The notes: generated by a model not told the origin, from the sequence alone. 64,000 nt of DNA from Thainema sp. (GCA_052168235.1 JBQLZK010000009.1:85638-149637), one strand, 5' to 3'. Shown: positions 18,292 to 29,534, numbered from the stretch's first letter. Numbers and translations are program-made.

Positions 18292-18434
18292 TCCCGTTGC
18301 TCTTTCATAGAAATCCAAATCTGCTGTGTGAGCATCGGGGCAAGCGGCGGTAGATCTGCTATCCGTAGCCGTATTGAGACAATTAACATGCATCTGCGGT
18401 TAACAGCCTGTCAAACACAGGAAGATGACAAAAA

Positions 18435-19241
18435 ATGCACCTCACTACACTTCAAGGTCAACCCGTCAGTCGGCTCGGTTTAGCCAGCCAGTATATCGAA
18501 GAGGCCAATTGCGTTCCCACTGCTTTTGATGCCGGAATCAACTATTTCTTTTCCTACAGCACACCGACTGGTATCTTTCTCCAAGAACTGCGATCGCTAG
18601 TTGCAGGCCATCGTGAACAGCTAATCGTCGCAACGGGCAGCGAACATCGTGATACCAAGCCACTTCAGCATCGACTTGATGAAATCCGTCAGCAGTTAAA
18701 TACAGATATTGTGGACGTGTTCTTTCTAGAATATATTTCTCCCGATGAAGACATAAATCGAGTCAAAACTGCAATCGAGCAACTGTACACATGGCAACGA
18801 CAAGGATCAATTCGCTATGTTGGTATTACCACTCATAATCGGTCAATTGCCTTAAACTTTGTGCAGACGCAGCAATGTGATGTGCTGATGCACCGCTACA
18901 ATATGGCGCATCGACAAGTTGAAGCAACTGTTTTGCCTGTTGCTCAAGCTGCTGAAATTCCCGTCATTGCATTTACCTGCACTCGCTGGAGCACTCTTTT
19001 GCAAGGCCATCCAGATTGGCCAGACTCACCACCATCCGCATCCGATTGTTATCGCTATACGCTTCAACAACCGTCGGTTCACTGCGCGCTTACCAGCCCG
19101 AAATCGCTATCCCAGCTTCAAGAAAATCTCAGCGTTTTAACGGCTCCACCTCTACCTCCGGCTGAGGTCAAACGCTGGCAACAATACGGAGATCTGATCT
19201 ATGGCAGTGGACAAGACTCATTTGAAACACGCTGGCCATAG
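18435..19241 (+). CDS. Aldo/keto reductase family protein
   Basis: VSRLGL, DAGINYFF, G.IRYVGITTH and HRYNMAHR motifs. Confidence 0.85.
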   Translation: MHLTTLQGQPVSRLGLASQYIEEANCVPTAFDAGINYFFSYSTPTGIFLQELRSLVAGHREQLIVATGSEHRDTKPLQHRLDEIRQQLNTDIVDVFFLEYISPDEDINRVKTAIEQLYTWQRQGSIRYVGITTHNRSIALNFVQTQQCDVLMHRYNMAHRQVEATVLPVAQAAEIPVIAFTCTRWSTLLQGHPDWPDSPPSASDCYRYTLQQPSVHCALTSPKSLSQLQENLSVLTAPPLPPAEVKRWQQYGDLIYGSGQDSFETRWP

Positions 19242-19667
19242 TTAACAAGATTTCAATTTAAAAATCTAGATCTAAGTAGGTACGGGCTGAAACCTGCATC
19301 TGTGTAACTGAATGCAAACAAGAGGTAAACCGATTGATGGCTATAGCCTTCGAGTTGTTTGCAAATCTCAACATGGCGTAGTTTTTCTACCCCAACCTAC
19401 TTACTAGGCAGTAATTCATCTCGTAACAACCAAATCTTTTGGCGCACGTGCAAGAGCTACAGCAACACGGCTACATTTTGGGAGCACAAGAATTACCCAG
19501 AAAAAACGGTCTGCCAGCATTCAGTTCCAGGTCAATCCCGAGAAGATCAGCTGTCACGAATGAGCCATGCATATCACCTCGTGCACCTTTGTTTCTAGAC
19601 CAAAAAATATTGACCACTTGTCTTGAGGCTTTGAATTAACTGGTATATGGCAAAAGAAGATAAGTTC

Positions 19668-19709
19668 ATTCGTGTTAATTTGTAGGATTCTCGCAAAAGT
19701 AACACGAAT
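19668..19709. repeat. 42-bp palindromic element, copy 2
   Basis: ATTCGTGT-TAATTTGTAGGATTCTCGCAAAAGTA-ACACGAAT. Confidence 0.85.
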
Positions 19710-19749
19710 GAATACTATTCAGCTTCATCTTACTGTCGGCACTTTCACA

Positions 19750-20163
19750 TTAGTCGCGGATGTTGCCACGTAAGGATTTGAGCTGACTCCTTTTGGTTTT
19801 ACTATCAAGGCGTTTTTGCTTTGCGCGGCGAGAGGGTTTGGTGGGTTTGCGCTTTTTGGGGGTGACAGTCACGCTTTTGATCAGGTCTTTGAGTCGATTG
19901 AGGGCGTCTTCTTTATTTTGGTCTTGGGTGCGGTGCTGCTGAGCTTTGATGACAATGATGCCGTCTTTGGTGATGCGGCTGTCATTGAGAGTGAGCAGAC
20001 GTTCTTTGTAGAGAGGAGACAGGGAAGAGGCATTGATATCAAAACGCAAATGAATGGCGGTGGCCACCTTATTCACGTTTTGACCATCGGCACCTTGCGA
20101 TCGCACTGCGCTGATCTCAATTTCGTTGAGCGGGATGGCTGTATGTTTAGTAATTTGCAGCAC
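19750..20163 (-). CDS. arfB: Alternative ribosome-rescue factor ArfB/YaeJ, with GGQ changed to DGQ
   Basis: RSQGADGQNVNKV, QQHRTQDQNK, and the basic tail RKPTKPSRRAKQKRLDSK. Confidence 0.9.
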   Translation of the reverse strand: MLQITKHTAIPLNEIEISAVRSQGADGQNVNKVATAIHLRFDINASSLSPLYKERLLTLNDSRITKDGIIVIKAQQHRTQDQNKEDALNRLKDLIKSVTVTPKKRKPTKPSRRAKQKRLDSKTKRSQLKSLRGNIRD

Positions 20164-20299
20164 GATTTGGCAAGGGGTCGTTAACTAGATCGATCGTATC
20201 AGTTGAGGCCAGAACTGTCAGACTATAGGGATTGGTCTACTGCCGTTAAAAACTGGCAAAATGCTTGGGACTCTTGTATGTGTGGCATGATCTATTGGC

Positions 20300-20665
20300 T
20301 CATAGCGTTATCCCTTGATCAATGCCAGCTTGCAGATGAGGGCTAGCGGTTTCAACTTCAACCAAATCGATAGAGAAGCCAGACAGGGCCGTCAACCGAG
20401 CCACTGCTTTGATGTAGTCAGTGGAAGATAAGCCCCAAACGGCTAGGTCTAGATCTGAGTTTTCATGAAAAGATGCTTCGCTTAGCACAGAGCCAAATAA
20501 GACAATCTGCCTGACGCCAAATTCCTCCCGTAGGACTTGAGCCGCGTTTTGAGCTACAGCTAGCCCTTGCTCCCGACGTTGGCGGAGTTGATCGTGTTGT
20601 TGCTGCTGTCTGCAGCGGGCGGTATCGATGTAAACCTGCATTTTAGCGGCGGGGGGCAGTGCCAT
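20300..20665 (-). CDS. Minimal nucleotidyltransferase (MNT) antitoxin
   Basis: VLFGSVL...SDLDLAV and IDLV motifs. Confidence 0.85.
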   Translation of the reverse strand: MALPPAAKMQVYIDTARCRQQQQHDQLRQRREQGLAVAQNAAQVLREEFGVRQIVLFGSVLSEASFHENSDLDLAVWGLSSTDYIKAVARLTALSGFSIDLVEVETASPHLQAGIDQGITL

Positions 20666-20697
20666 AGTTGTTGATTGCTCTACTCCATTACTCCGTC

Positions 20698-20790
20698 TTA
20701 GTCTATAACGCTGCTTATATCTTGCAAGAGATCGAGATGATTAAGGCAAGCAAGGGCAATCAGGAGGCTGGAGTTAGATACCACAAGCAT
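20698..20790 (-). pseudogene. Truncated DUF3368-type PIN toxin
   Basis: MLVVSNSSLLIALACLNHLDLLQ then a stop after 30 aa, directly downstream of a UPF0175 gene. Confidence 0.65.
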
Positions 20791-20794
20791 CGGC

Positions 20795-21070
20795 CTAGTG
20801 TTCCATGAGCTGCTCAATCGCTTTGACTTCAGCGGTCAGTTCATTTAGAGTTTCACTGAAGTAAGAAATTTGGTGTTGAGCCAGAAGCTCGATAAAGCTA
20901 TGTTTTGAGATGCCGAGTAATTCTGCTGCTTTGCCAGCCGAAATCCGTTGCTGTCGAAAGAGATCCAGCGCGAGAAGCTCTATAAGATGCTGGGGAAGCT
21001 GCGATTTAGGGATGTTTAAGGCTTTCACAAAATCGCGAGGTGGATTGAGATTGATGGTTAGATTGCTCAT
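20795..21070 (-). CDS. UPF0175-family antitoxin
   Basis: LFRQQRISAGKAAELLGISKHSFIELL motif. Confidence 0.85.
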   Translation of the reverse strand: MSNLTINLNPPRDFVKALNIPKSQLPQHLIELLALDLFRQQRISAGKAAELLGISKHSFIELLAQHQISYFSETLNELTAEVKAIEQLMEH

Positions 21071-21183
21071 GGGTTTAGGATTTTACCGATACTCCCATCA
21101 TGCAGCCATCTAACCGAAAAGACTGACCTGCGATCGCAACTATAAGAAGCAGGTCAAAGTTTGCTATCTCTAGGAGAGTAGCC

Positions 21184-21435
21184 ATGATTCAAATCCAGCT
21201 CAACTTACCCGAAAGTGCCTTCTCCGCGCTGCGTAGCACTCCTGATGAATTCGGCCAAGAACTGCTAATCGCCGCTGTTGTGAAATGGTATGAAGTGGGC
21301 ATGATCTCTCAATCGAAAGCCGCTGAAATTGCAGGCATCAGCCGCCAAGACTTTCTCCAGGCATGCGATCGCTTTAAAGTTTCACCCGTCCAAACCACTC
21401 CAGAAGAACTGACTGAGGAGGTTAATCGCGGTTAG
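21184..21435 (+). CDS. UPF0175-family antitoxin
   Basis: KWYEVGMISQSKAAEIAGISRQDFL motif. Confidence 0.85.
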   Translation: MIQIQLNLPESAFSALRSTPDEFGQELLIAAVVKWYEVGMISQSKAAEIAGISRQDFLQACDRFKVSPVQTTPEELTEEVNRG

Positions 21436-21506
21436 ACGCTAGGTAGCTCAGTGCTTTGCTGCTCATGAGCTTAGCCTAGATGAACCTGCGTGAAGAAAAA
21501 ACAGTT

Positions 21507-21548
21507 ATTCGTGTTGTTTTAAAGAATTCTATTTTAGGTGACACGAAT
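21507..21548. repeat. 42-bp palindromic element, copy 3
   Basis: ATTCGTGT-TGTTTTAAAGAATTCTATTTTAGGTG-ACACGAAT. Confidence 0.85.
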
Positions 21549-21767
21549 AATGGGTGTATTTTTAGAGAAGGTGCGATCGCATTACGTCAAGCCAATTATC
21601 TTTCACCTAGAGTGGGAATAGGAAGATCTTGGTCGAGGTTCATCAGGTTGTGCGTGATCTAGCCGGAGCTGTACTTGCCGATGAACACGTTGGTCACCGT
21701 TTCATCATTGAACACGGCTTAATTCGAGCGATGGAAGTTTGTCCGCTGCCATCACCGACCTCGGTTC

Positions 21768-22673
21768 CTAACCACTTCTTCCAGTGATGCTATCTTCCAC
21801 ATAATGGTGGATTGTCTGAATAAACTCGCGCAGCACAGGCGATGGATTTTGAGAGCGCCATACAGCCAAAGTCTCAATCTCAAACGTCGGTTGTATATCC
21901 TTGTAGACTACCCCAGTCCGCTGTAGATTCTGCATTGAGGCGGGCACGAGTGCAACCCCGATTTTTCCAGCAACTAGACCTAATGCGGTTTGGAGCCACC
22001 GGGCTTGTTGCACGACTGTTGGGATAAACCCATTGTCCTGGCAAAGGTTCAGGACTTGATGATAAAACCCTTGTACTAGGTGAGACGGGGGTAGAATAAA
22101 TGGTTCTTGGCTGAGCACCTTGAGGGGAATTTTGGGGTGAGATCGGAGTGGATGCTCTTGATGGATGGCAACAATTAGTGGTTCTTTGAGGACAGAGAAA
22201 AAACTCAAATCGCCATTGCTGGGGATTGGGGCATTGAGGAAACTACAATCAATCGTGCGATCGCTCAGCCGTTGAATTTGCGTTTGAGAATCCAGTTCGC
22301 ATAAGCTCAACTGAACCTGGGGAAATCGAGTTTGAAAGGCGTTCAGGATAGTTGGCAGAACACTTTGAGTTACGGTGCTATTAAACCCAATCGCTAAGTG
22401 TCCGACTTCTCCTCGATTGGCTTGTTGAGCCATCAGAGTTGCCTGTTCAACTTGAGCCAAAACCAACTGCGCCTGCTTTAAGAAGGCTTGTCCTGCATGG
22501 GTCAACTGAAGGGGACGCTTATCCCGTTCAAGCAACTGCACGCCCAGTTCAGTTTCCAGCGCCCGAATTTGCTGGCTCAGAGGTGGCTGAGCCATGTGTA
22601 ACCGCTCAGCCGCTCGACTGAAATTTAACTCTTCTGCAACCGTGACGAAGTATCGCAGGTGCCGTAGTTCCAT
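21768..22673 (-). CDS. LysR-family transcriptional regulator
   Basis: MELRHLRYFVTVAEELNFSRAAERLHMAQPPLSQQI N-terminus. Confidence 0.95.
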   Translation of the reverse strand: MELRHLRYFVTVAEELNFSRAAERLHMAQPPLSQQIRALETELGVQLLERDKRPLQLTHAGQAFLKQAQLVLAQVEQATLMAQQANRGEVGHLAIGFNSTVTQSVLPTILNAFQTRFPQVQLSLCELDSQTQIQRLSDRTIDCSFLNAPIPSNGDLSFFSVLKEPLIVAIHQEHPLRSHPKIPLKVLSQEPFILPPSHLVQGFYHQVLNLCQDNGFIPTVVQQARWLQTALGLVAGKIGVALVPASMQNLQRTGVVYKDIQPTFEIETLAVWRSQNPSPVLREFIQTIHHYVEDSITGRSG

Positions 22674-22699
22674 TGTTGAAGCTCATCGCTGATTTCAAG

Positions 22700-22720
22700 A
22701 CTATATCTCAAAAGTATAGT
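22700..22720. promoter_or_regulatory. LysR T-N11-A box
   Basis: ACTATA-TCTCAAAAG-TATAGT dyad between the divergent lysR and trpB genes. Confidence 0.6.
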
Positions 22721-22808
22721 GGGCCGATCTAACCAATATTGGACATATCAAAACCCTGCTCTTATCGTTTCAGTAGGACTGTTTACCCGATTGAAGCAGC
22801 ACAGCATT

Positions 22809-24077
22809 ATGGTTATCTCATCATCGGTAGGGGCGATCTCCACCCCCCAATTACTAAGCCAGAAAGGATATTACGGCGAGTTTGGCGGACGCTTTACGCC
22901 TGAGATTTTGCATGAAACATTGGAGGCAGTCACCGCTGCCTATGAAGCTGCCAGACAGGATCAGGCGTTTTGGAATGAGTTTGTCGCCTTGTTATCTAAC
23001 TATTCTGGTCGTCCGACATCCCTCACCTATGCCGAAGGTTTAACGCGTTACCTAGGGGGTGCCAAAATTTTCATCAAGCGAGAAGACTTAAACCATACCG
23101 GTTCACACAAATTGAATAACGGGCTGGGGCAAATGCTGCTGGCTAAACGGATGGGCAAGACGCGAGTGATCGCAGAAACAGGCGCGGGTCAACATGGCGT
23201 CGCAACGGCCACGCTTGCCGCCAAGTTCGGACTCCGCTGCACCATTTACATGGGGGCGATCGATGTTGACCGGCAATATCCGAATGTGTTCTGGATGCGA
23301 AAGTTGGGGGCAGAGGTCGTCCCTGTTTCATCTGGAACTCAAACGCTCAAAGATGCGATGAATGAAGCGTTGCGGGATTGGTCTACTCACATGGACACCA
23401 CGCACTACGTCATCGGAACCGCCTGTGGGCCGCATCCGTTTCCAGAAATGGTCGCTTGGTTTCAATCGGTGATTGGACTGGAAGCGCGATCGCAAATTCT
23501 GCAACAGGCTGAAACCTTACCGACAGCCGTTTATGCCTGTGTCGGAGGAGGCTCCAATGCGATCGGGATTTTTAGTGGATTTCTGGATGATGCAGGGGTG
23601 CAGTTAGTGGGCGTAGAAGCAGGGGGATTGGGCATCCATACACCGCATCATGCCTCGCGCTTAGCAGCATCTGATGCATCTGTTGGAATTGCTCAGGGGT
23701 ACAAAACCTATTTTCTGCAAAACCAGGATGGACAAATGCAGGATACCCATTCTGTCGCAGCAGGGCTTGACTACATTGGTGTTTCACCTCTTCTGGCTCA
23801 CTTGACTCAAACGGATCGCATTAACGTTAAGGCCGCAACCGATGCAGAAGTGCTTGAAGCGTGTCAGTTGTGCATGAGTCAAGAAGGATTAATTCCTGCT
23901 CTGGAATCGGCTCATGCGTTTGTTCAAGCCTTCAAAGATGCACCCCACTACACGTCCAATGACTGCATTGTGATTAATCAATCCGGACGTGGTGATAAAG
24001 ATATTTTCACAATCGCCAATGCTTTTGGTGATACTGAGTGGAAATCATTTTTAAGCAATCAAGTATCCTCATTCTAA
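22809..24077 (+). CDS. trpB: Tryptophan synthase beta subunit
   Basis: KREDLNHTGSHK (PLP lysine), ETGAGQHG, CVGGGSNA, IPALESAHA and SGRGDKD motifs. Start placed at MVISS. Confidence 0.95.
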   Translation: MVISSSVGAISTPQLLSQKGYYGEFGGRFTPEILHETLEAVTAAYEAARQDQAFWNEFVALLSNYSGRPTSLTYAEGLTRYLGGAKIFIKREDLNHTGSHKLNNGLGQMLLAKRMGKTRVIAETGAGQHGVATATLAAKFGLRCTIYMGAIDVDRQYPNVFWMRKLGAEVVPVSSGTQTLKDAMNEALRDWSTHMDTTHYVIGTACGPHPFPEMVAWFQSVIGLEARSQILQQAETLPTAVYACVGGGSNAIGIFSGFLDDAGVQLVGVEAGGLGIHTPHHASRLAASDASVGIAQGYKTYFLQNQDGQMQDTHSVAAGLDYIGVSPLLAHLTQTDRINVKAATDAEVLEACQLCMSQEGLIPALESAHAFVQAFKDAPHYTSNDCIVINQSGRGDKDIFTIANAFGDTEWKSFLSNQVSSF

Positions 24078-24102
24078 TAGTAAAAATAAGGTATTAAAGA
24101 AG

Positions 24103-25077
<975 letters not shown>

Positions 25078-25108
25078 TCAATATCTTGAAGACTAAGTAC
25101 ATAAGAAC

Positions 25109-25660
25109 TCATTTACGCACCTCATAGCGCAATTCGACCATGCCGTTGCCAAGCTGCTGGACAGACATTAAACACAGATTTGGACTCAGCACCCGACGAG
25201 GAAATAGCGGCTTACCTTTGCCAAGCGTAACCGACCCAATTTGGATGATGAGTTCGTCTAAAAGACCAACATCGTAGAACTGACCTGCGAGATCTCCTCC
25301 CCCGACAATCCAGATATTCTTCTCTCCTGCGGCAATTTGCATTTCAGCATGAATATCGCGCACATCACCTTTGACAAAATGTAGGTTTGCACCTTCGATG
25401 AGCGGCAGTGTGCGACTGGAAAATATCCAAGCTGGCTGGGTGTAGGGCCACGGTGAGCCGACCTCGGCAACGACCTGTTCTGCGTTGCGGAGCATCCACT
25501 CATAAGTAGTAGACCCCATTGCCAACGCACCGACATTCGCAATGAATTCTGGATAGCTAGAGTGATTGAGATCGCCAAGTGGAAATAGCCAGTCTAGTGA
25601 GTCATCTTCGGTTGCAATAAATCCATCCAGACTGGTCGCTGTAAAGTACTGAGTTTTCAT
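25109..25660 (-). CDS. Dihydrofolate reductase-like (RibD C-terminal domain) protein
   Basis: ATSLDGFIA, MGSTTYEW, IWIVGGG and LGKGKPLF motifs; start at MKTQYF. Confidence 0.9.
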   Translation of the reverse strand: MKTQYFTATSLDGFIATEDDSLDWLFPLGDLNHSSYPEFIANVGALAMGSTTYEWMLRNAEQVVAEVGSPWPYTQPAWIFSSRTLPLIEGANLHFVKGDVRDIHAEMQIAAGEKNIWIVGGGDLAGQFYDVGLLDELIIQIGSVTLGKGKPLFPRRVLSPNLCLMSVQQLGNGMVELRYEVRK

Positions 25661-25825
25661 GACCTGCACCTCCTCAAAAGGCTCTTTACCCAATCGTTGT
25701 TTATGATGCCACCTGCTCAGTGATCCATTGCACCAGTTGCAACCTCCATCACCCAACTTGATACGGTCGGTGTGCAACGAGATTGTTGGATGGCTCCTCG
25801 CTGCCATTGCAGGGTTGAGTATTGC

Positions 25826-26464
25826 TCAGTCTGCCGCAGCAAAATGCGCCATCTGGTCTGCGTGTGCCTTCATAAATGAGGGGCGTGCCGTGGCGCGCGC
25901 AACATAGTCATGGCAAGCAGGATATACCGTCAACCCGTCGAATCGATCAACCAGGCGCAGCACATCCGCCATGAGAATATCGGCAATCGAGAAGGTTTCG
26001 ACCAACCATTCGCGTCCGGCCAAGACGTTTTCCATGTGCTGGAGCCGAGCCTCAAGGAAGCTCTCAAAAAACTGCCGCATGGGAGTTTCGTCGGTGTCAC
26101 CTGAGAACTGGAAGAAGGACCAGGGCTGACTGGCGGCTTCGACTGAAGCAAGAGCTGCGAATAGCCACTGCTTGACATCATTGCGATCGTGCGGCTCAGT
26201 AGGCATCAGCTTGCTGCTCAGTTCGCCCAGATGAAGCAGGATGGCACCACTCTCGAAAATAGAGAGGTCTCCATCGGTTAACCACGGCACCTGCCCGAAG
26301 GGTTGGTGCGAGAAATGATCGCTGCCGCGATCTCGAAATGGCACACTATTGACGCGATAGGGTAACCCAGCCTCTTCCAGTGCCCAACGCACGCGTAAGT
26401 CGCGCACATAGCCTCGCGGAGCTTCGGGAACCCAATCGAACGTGGTGAGAATCAGATCGGTCAT
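25826..26464 (-). CDS. Glutathione S-transferase family protein
   Basis: RVRWALEE, QPFGQVP and FESGAILL motifs. Confidence 0.92.
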   Translation of the reverse strand: MTDLILTTFDWVPEAPRGYVRDLRVRWALEEAGLPYRVNSVPFRDRGSDHFSHQPFGQVPWLTDGDLSIFESGAILLHLGELSSKLMPTEPHDRNDVKQWLFAALASVEAASQPWSFFQFSGDTDETPMRQFFESFLEARLQHMENVLAGREWLVETFSIADILMADVLRLVDRFDGLTVYPACHDYVARATARPSFMKAHADQMAHFAAAD

Positions 26465-26616
26465 TCAGTGAACCCTCACGCTTAAATAACGGTATGTTAT
26501 GTCGTTTGAAAGTCTTGCCCTTTGGACGTTACAGTTGAAGGAGTGCAGCAGGCCAGTCTTTTGTTCGTCTTCACGGATGGTGTTGAGTAACTAGCAATGG
26601 GTATTCATCCTGTCAT

Positions 26617-26994
26617 TCAAATGGTCTGTTGAGCCTGTCGTGAAGCCGCGATCGCATGAACAGCAGTCATCAGCACCAGCCAGAAGCCTGTATCGATATC
26701 CAGGACAATGCCGAAAATGGCAATTGCCAGCAGTCCCCAACCCACAAACGATGGTAGGGGTAGGGCTAATTGATGTTCGATCCAGTAGCACAGCAGGCCG
26801 AAAAGGATGAGCAAAAAACCTGGTGTCAACAACCAGTAGTAGCCCCAGATGCTTAAGGAGTCTGGGCTTGCAGCATCAACGACTCCGGCAGCAGCAATGT
26901 CCTGCCAGATGTTGCTGAAACCGAAAAATCCCGGCATCAGGAGCGCTAGCAGGGAGTGAAGCAGACCAATGCCCATCAAAGCGAAGCCGGTCAT
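26617..26994 (-). CDS. Hypothetical membrane protein
   Basis: Four hydrophobic segments (IGLLHSLL..., TGFWLVL); start uncertain. Confidence 0.6.
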   Translation of the reverse strand: MTGFALMGIGLLHSLLALLMPGFFGFSNIWQDIAAAGVVDAASPDSLSIWGYYWLLTPGFLLILFGLLCYWIEHQLALPLPSFVGWGLLAIAIFGIVLDIDTGFWLVLMTAVHAIAASRQAQQTI

Positions 26995-27017
26995 TTTTCT
27001 TATAGTGATTGTTTCCC

Positions 27018-27503
27018 TCAAGCTAGGGTGATGAGTAGCGCAACCAGGCTCAAAAGCCCGAAGACGGCTCTGGCGACGTGGGAATATTCCCAGCGATCGC
27101 GCAACTCCGTCCAAACGGGGGTGTCCGTTTCGCTGGAAGAGCGGGTGCCAAAGGTGAAAAAACCAGAGCTAAAGCGATCGAGGCTTTCCCCTTCGACCCA
27201 AAACTGATTCACCGGATGGGTGATTAGCCAGTACACCGCCTGCATACCGATGAGTCCGATCAGCGCCAGGAGCGTCAGCCAAAACTCGGCGCTACCGGCT
27301 GGCGTTAGCCATAGCAGGGTTGCCGTCAAGATAATGCTGACTGGCTCGCTGATGCCCCCATCGTAAAGCCGGGATAGTAGATAGTTTGGGTAGCATAGTA
27401 GGTTTCCTGATTGAGCCTCATTTTTCCGGGTAATTCCAGCGCGTGGGCTAGAGCCAGCGAGCTCAACCAGCAATGTCGTCGTAATTTGCAGTAGGTTAAA
27501 CAC
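27018..27503 (-). pseudogene. DUF1772/anthrone-oxygenase-like membrane protein with two compensating frameshifts
   Basis: The family-like segment LAHALELPGKMRL...IYYPGFT lies in another frame (ORF 27326-27586), while THPVNQFW and RDRWEYSHVAR are in this frame. Confidence 0.65.
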
Positions 27504-27660
27504 GATTGATTTCTCTCTACATCATCCATATGTTGGCTTCTGTGGCCAATCGGCAGGTAAATCCTCAACATCCTCCTGCCAACCATAGGACATATTCATG
27601 GAGTAGTCGTTTGAAAAAGGGGGGGATCGACAAGGGAACGAAAATTTTCAACCCAATTCT

Positions 27661-27852
27661 CTAGGTAGATGAGAATTTGTCTTGAATCAGCTTTTTGTAA
27701 AAAAGTTGATCTGATTCACCTCCCTGTTCAGCTAACGGTCTGGCCCGTTCTGGGGAGCGAGTTACCGCGACGACCTCATGTCCTTGAGCCAGCAACTGGG
27801 TCATCAGCGGACAACCGATCGCCCCTGTCGCTCCTGCAACAAAAATTTTCAT
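27661..27852 (-). pseudogene. Truncated NAD-dependent epimerase/dehydratase
   Basis: MKIFVAGATGAIG Rossmann start; family similarity ends after about 45 aa. Confidence 0.8.
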
Positions 27853-28016
27853 CTATTGAATCTTAAAGACAGTAAAACATTCACCCATAAGACGAGATAG
27901 CCTCATCGGTTGTGACAAGTCGCCAAAATTCGGGTGCTGTTTCCTTGGCCGGAAGGATAGGCAGCAACTACTTCATCCGTTACGCTGAGAGTGTTTTGGA
28001 GCTATCACGAATTTAG

Positions 28017-28493
28017 TTGCAATCGCACCGTGCTGATCTCGATTTTGGCAATGGCGAACGGGTCACGCTGCGTGACATCGGTGAATGGTCGCTGCCGCAG
28101 ACTGACCTGGTTGTCCTGAGTGCCTGTGAAACGGCTGTGAGTGAAGAACTGGGCAACGGGGAAGAGATCCTCGGCTTTGGCTACCAGATGCAGCGGATTG
28201 GCGTGGAAGCTGCGATCTCATCGCTGTGGCAAGTGAGCGATGGGGGAACGCAAGTGCTGATGAATACGCTGTATGCCTCATTGCAAGATGGTCACAGTAC
28301 CGCAGCAGCTTTACAACAAGCACAGATGGCGTTAATCGCAGGCGAATGTTACGGGGTAGAAAACTGCGATCTCAGTTTTCCAAGAGGTATTGCGGTAATT
28401 GGAATTGAGCCAAATCAGCCATCATCTGTCAGCACCAACCTGAGCCATCCCTACTACTGGGCACCGTTCATTCTGATTGGCAATGGCTTATAA
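28017..28493 (+). pseudogene. C-terminal fragment of a CHAT (caspase-like) domain
   Basis: LVVLSACETA, SLWQVSD and HPYYWAPFILIGN present; the catalytic His region is missing. Confidence 0.8.
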
Positions 28494-28534
28494 CATTAGT
28501 GTTGATGGCCCCCCCAAATCCTGACCAGATGTCT

Positions 28535-28576
28535 ATTCGTGTTGTTTCTGCCACATTTTACAGGAGTAACACGAAT
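28535..28576. repeat. 42-bp palindromic element, copy 4
   Basis: ATTCGTGT-TGTTTCTGCCACATTTTACAGGAGTA-ACACGAAT. Confidence 0.85.
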
Positions 28577-28628
28577 AAACTGATTTGCTAGGTGCATTAG
28601 AGCAGTGCGATCTCATCTTCAACTCCTG

Positions 28629-29492
28629 CTATCTCAAGCTTTCACAAGCAACTCTATCATCATCTCCATCGAGTCGATGTGGATCACCAGGAGAGGACTC
28701 CAGTACATCTTGAGCCTGTCTCCAACTGGAAAAATCGCCACAGTCGCAGTCACTGTTGATGCAGGCAGGCAAGTCTGCCGCAGCGGTCGGTGATGGTTCA
28801 GTCGCTGAAGGGGCAGAAGGTGAAACGGCTGGAGTGGACGAAGCGGTTACTGGGCGTTTTCCTTGGCGATAGTCCCAGGGCTTAATGAATGCTAAGTCAC
28901 CCCAGACTCCCTTGCCAGTTGATCGGGCTCGTTCTTCTGCCGCCAGTAACTCATCTGCATTGTTGCCACAGTTACTTAGATATTGGGTGTAGACCACGGC
29001 ATCGCCTGACTCCAGCATTTGCAGATTGATAAAATTGCCTTCTGCCGTATATACCTCAGCGACTGTGCGCCCATACGCATCCTGATCCACGACGTTGAGC
29101 TGTATTTGTCCCGATATCAAACTGGATAGTCGCTCAGTGGCATCTGCACCATGTGGTGCCTGAGCTGACTCTGGCGAATCGATACAGGCTAACCTCACGG
29201 TAATCGTCTCGCCATCGCGAAAAGCGTCGATCGTGTCGCCATCATAAATTTTTGACACTGTGTAAAGTGGTTCGGTATTTGTCTCTTCATCTACAGCAGT
29301 TGGTGCTTGAGATGATGGAGATGCTGTGTTCTGAGCTGTATCTGTAGAGATTGATGGACTAACTGGCCGGTTATCCGCAACATCTGCATTGTAACTGTTA
29401 ATGACAGCAAAAATGATCAACGCTAGCCCCATTCCAACGACAGCTAGGCTAGAGAGAATCAGCCATTTATAGTGATACCAGCGTTGAAACAT
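28629..29492 (-). CDS. Membrane-anchored thermonuclease (SNase) with Excalibur-like Ca-binding C-terminus
   Basis: YDGDT, VRLACIDSPE, DAYGRTVA and KPWDYR motifs; C-terminal DCDCGDF...HRLDGDDDRVACE. Confidence 0.9.
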   Translation of the reverse strand: MFQRWYHYKWLILSSLAVVGMGLALIIFAVINSYNADVADNRPVSPSISTDTAQNTASPSSQAPTAVDEETNTEPLYTVSKIYDGDTIDAFRDGETITVRLACIDSPESAQAPHGADATERLSSLISGQIQLNVVDQDAYGRTVAEVYTAEGNFINLQMLESGDAVVYTQYLSNCGNNADELLAAEERARSTGKGVWGDLAFIKPWDYRQGKRPVTASSTPAVSPSAPSATEPSPTAAADLPACINSDCDCGDFSSWRQAQDVLESSPGDPHRLDGDDDRVACESLR

Positions 29493-29534
29493 AAGTCGAT
29501 ATGAGTTTCGGTCGAAAGATTGCGCCTGTCTAGT

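Noticed and set aside
19359..19639. Small ORFs after the aldo-keto reductase
   Set aside because: No family motif recognised; cannot be supported as genes.
27971..28012. Possible fifth copy of the 42-bp element
   Set aside because: The left arm is degenerate (ATCCGTTA) and the spacing is 4 nt short.
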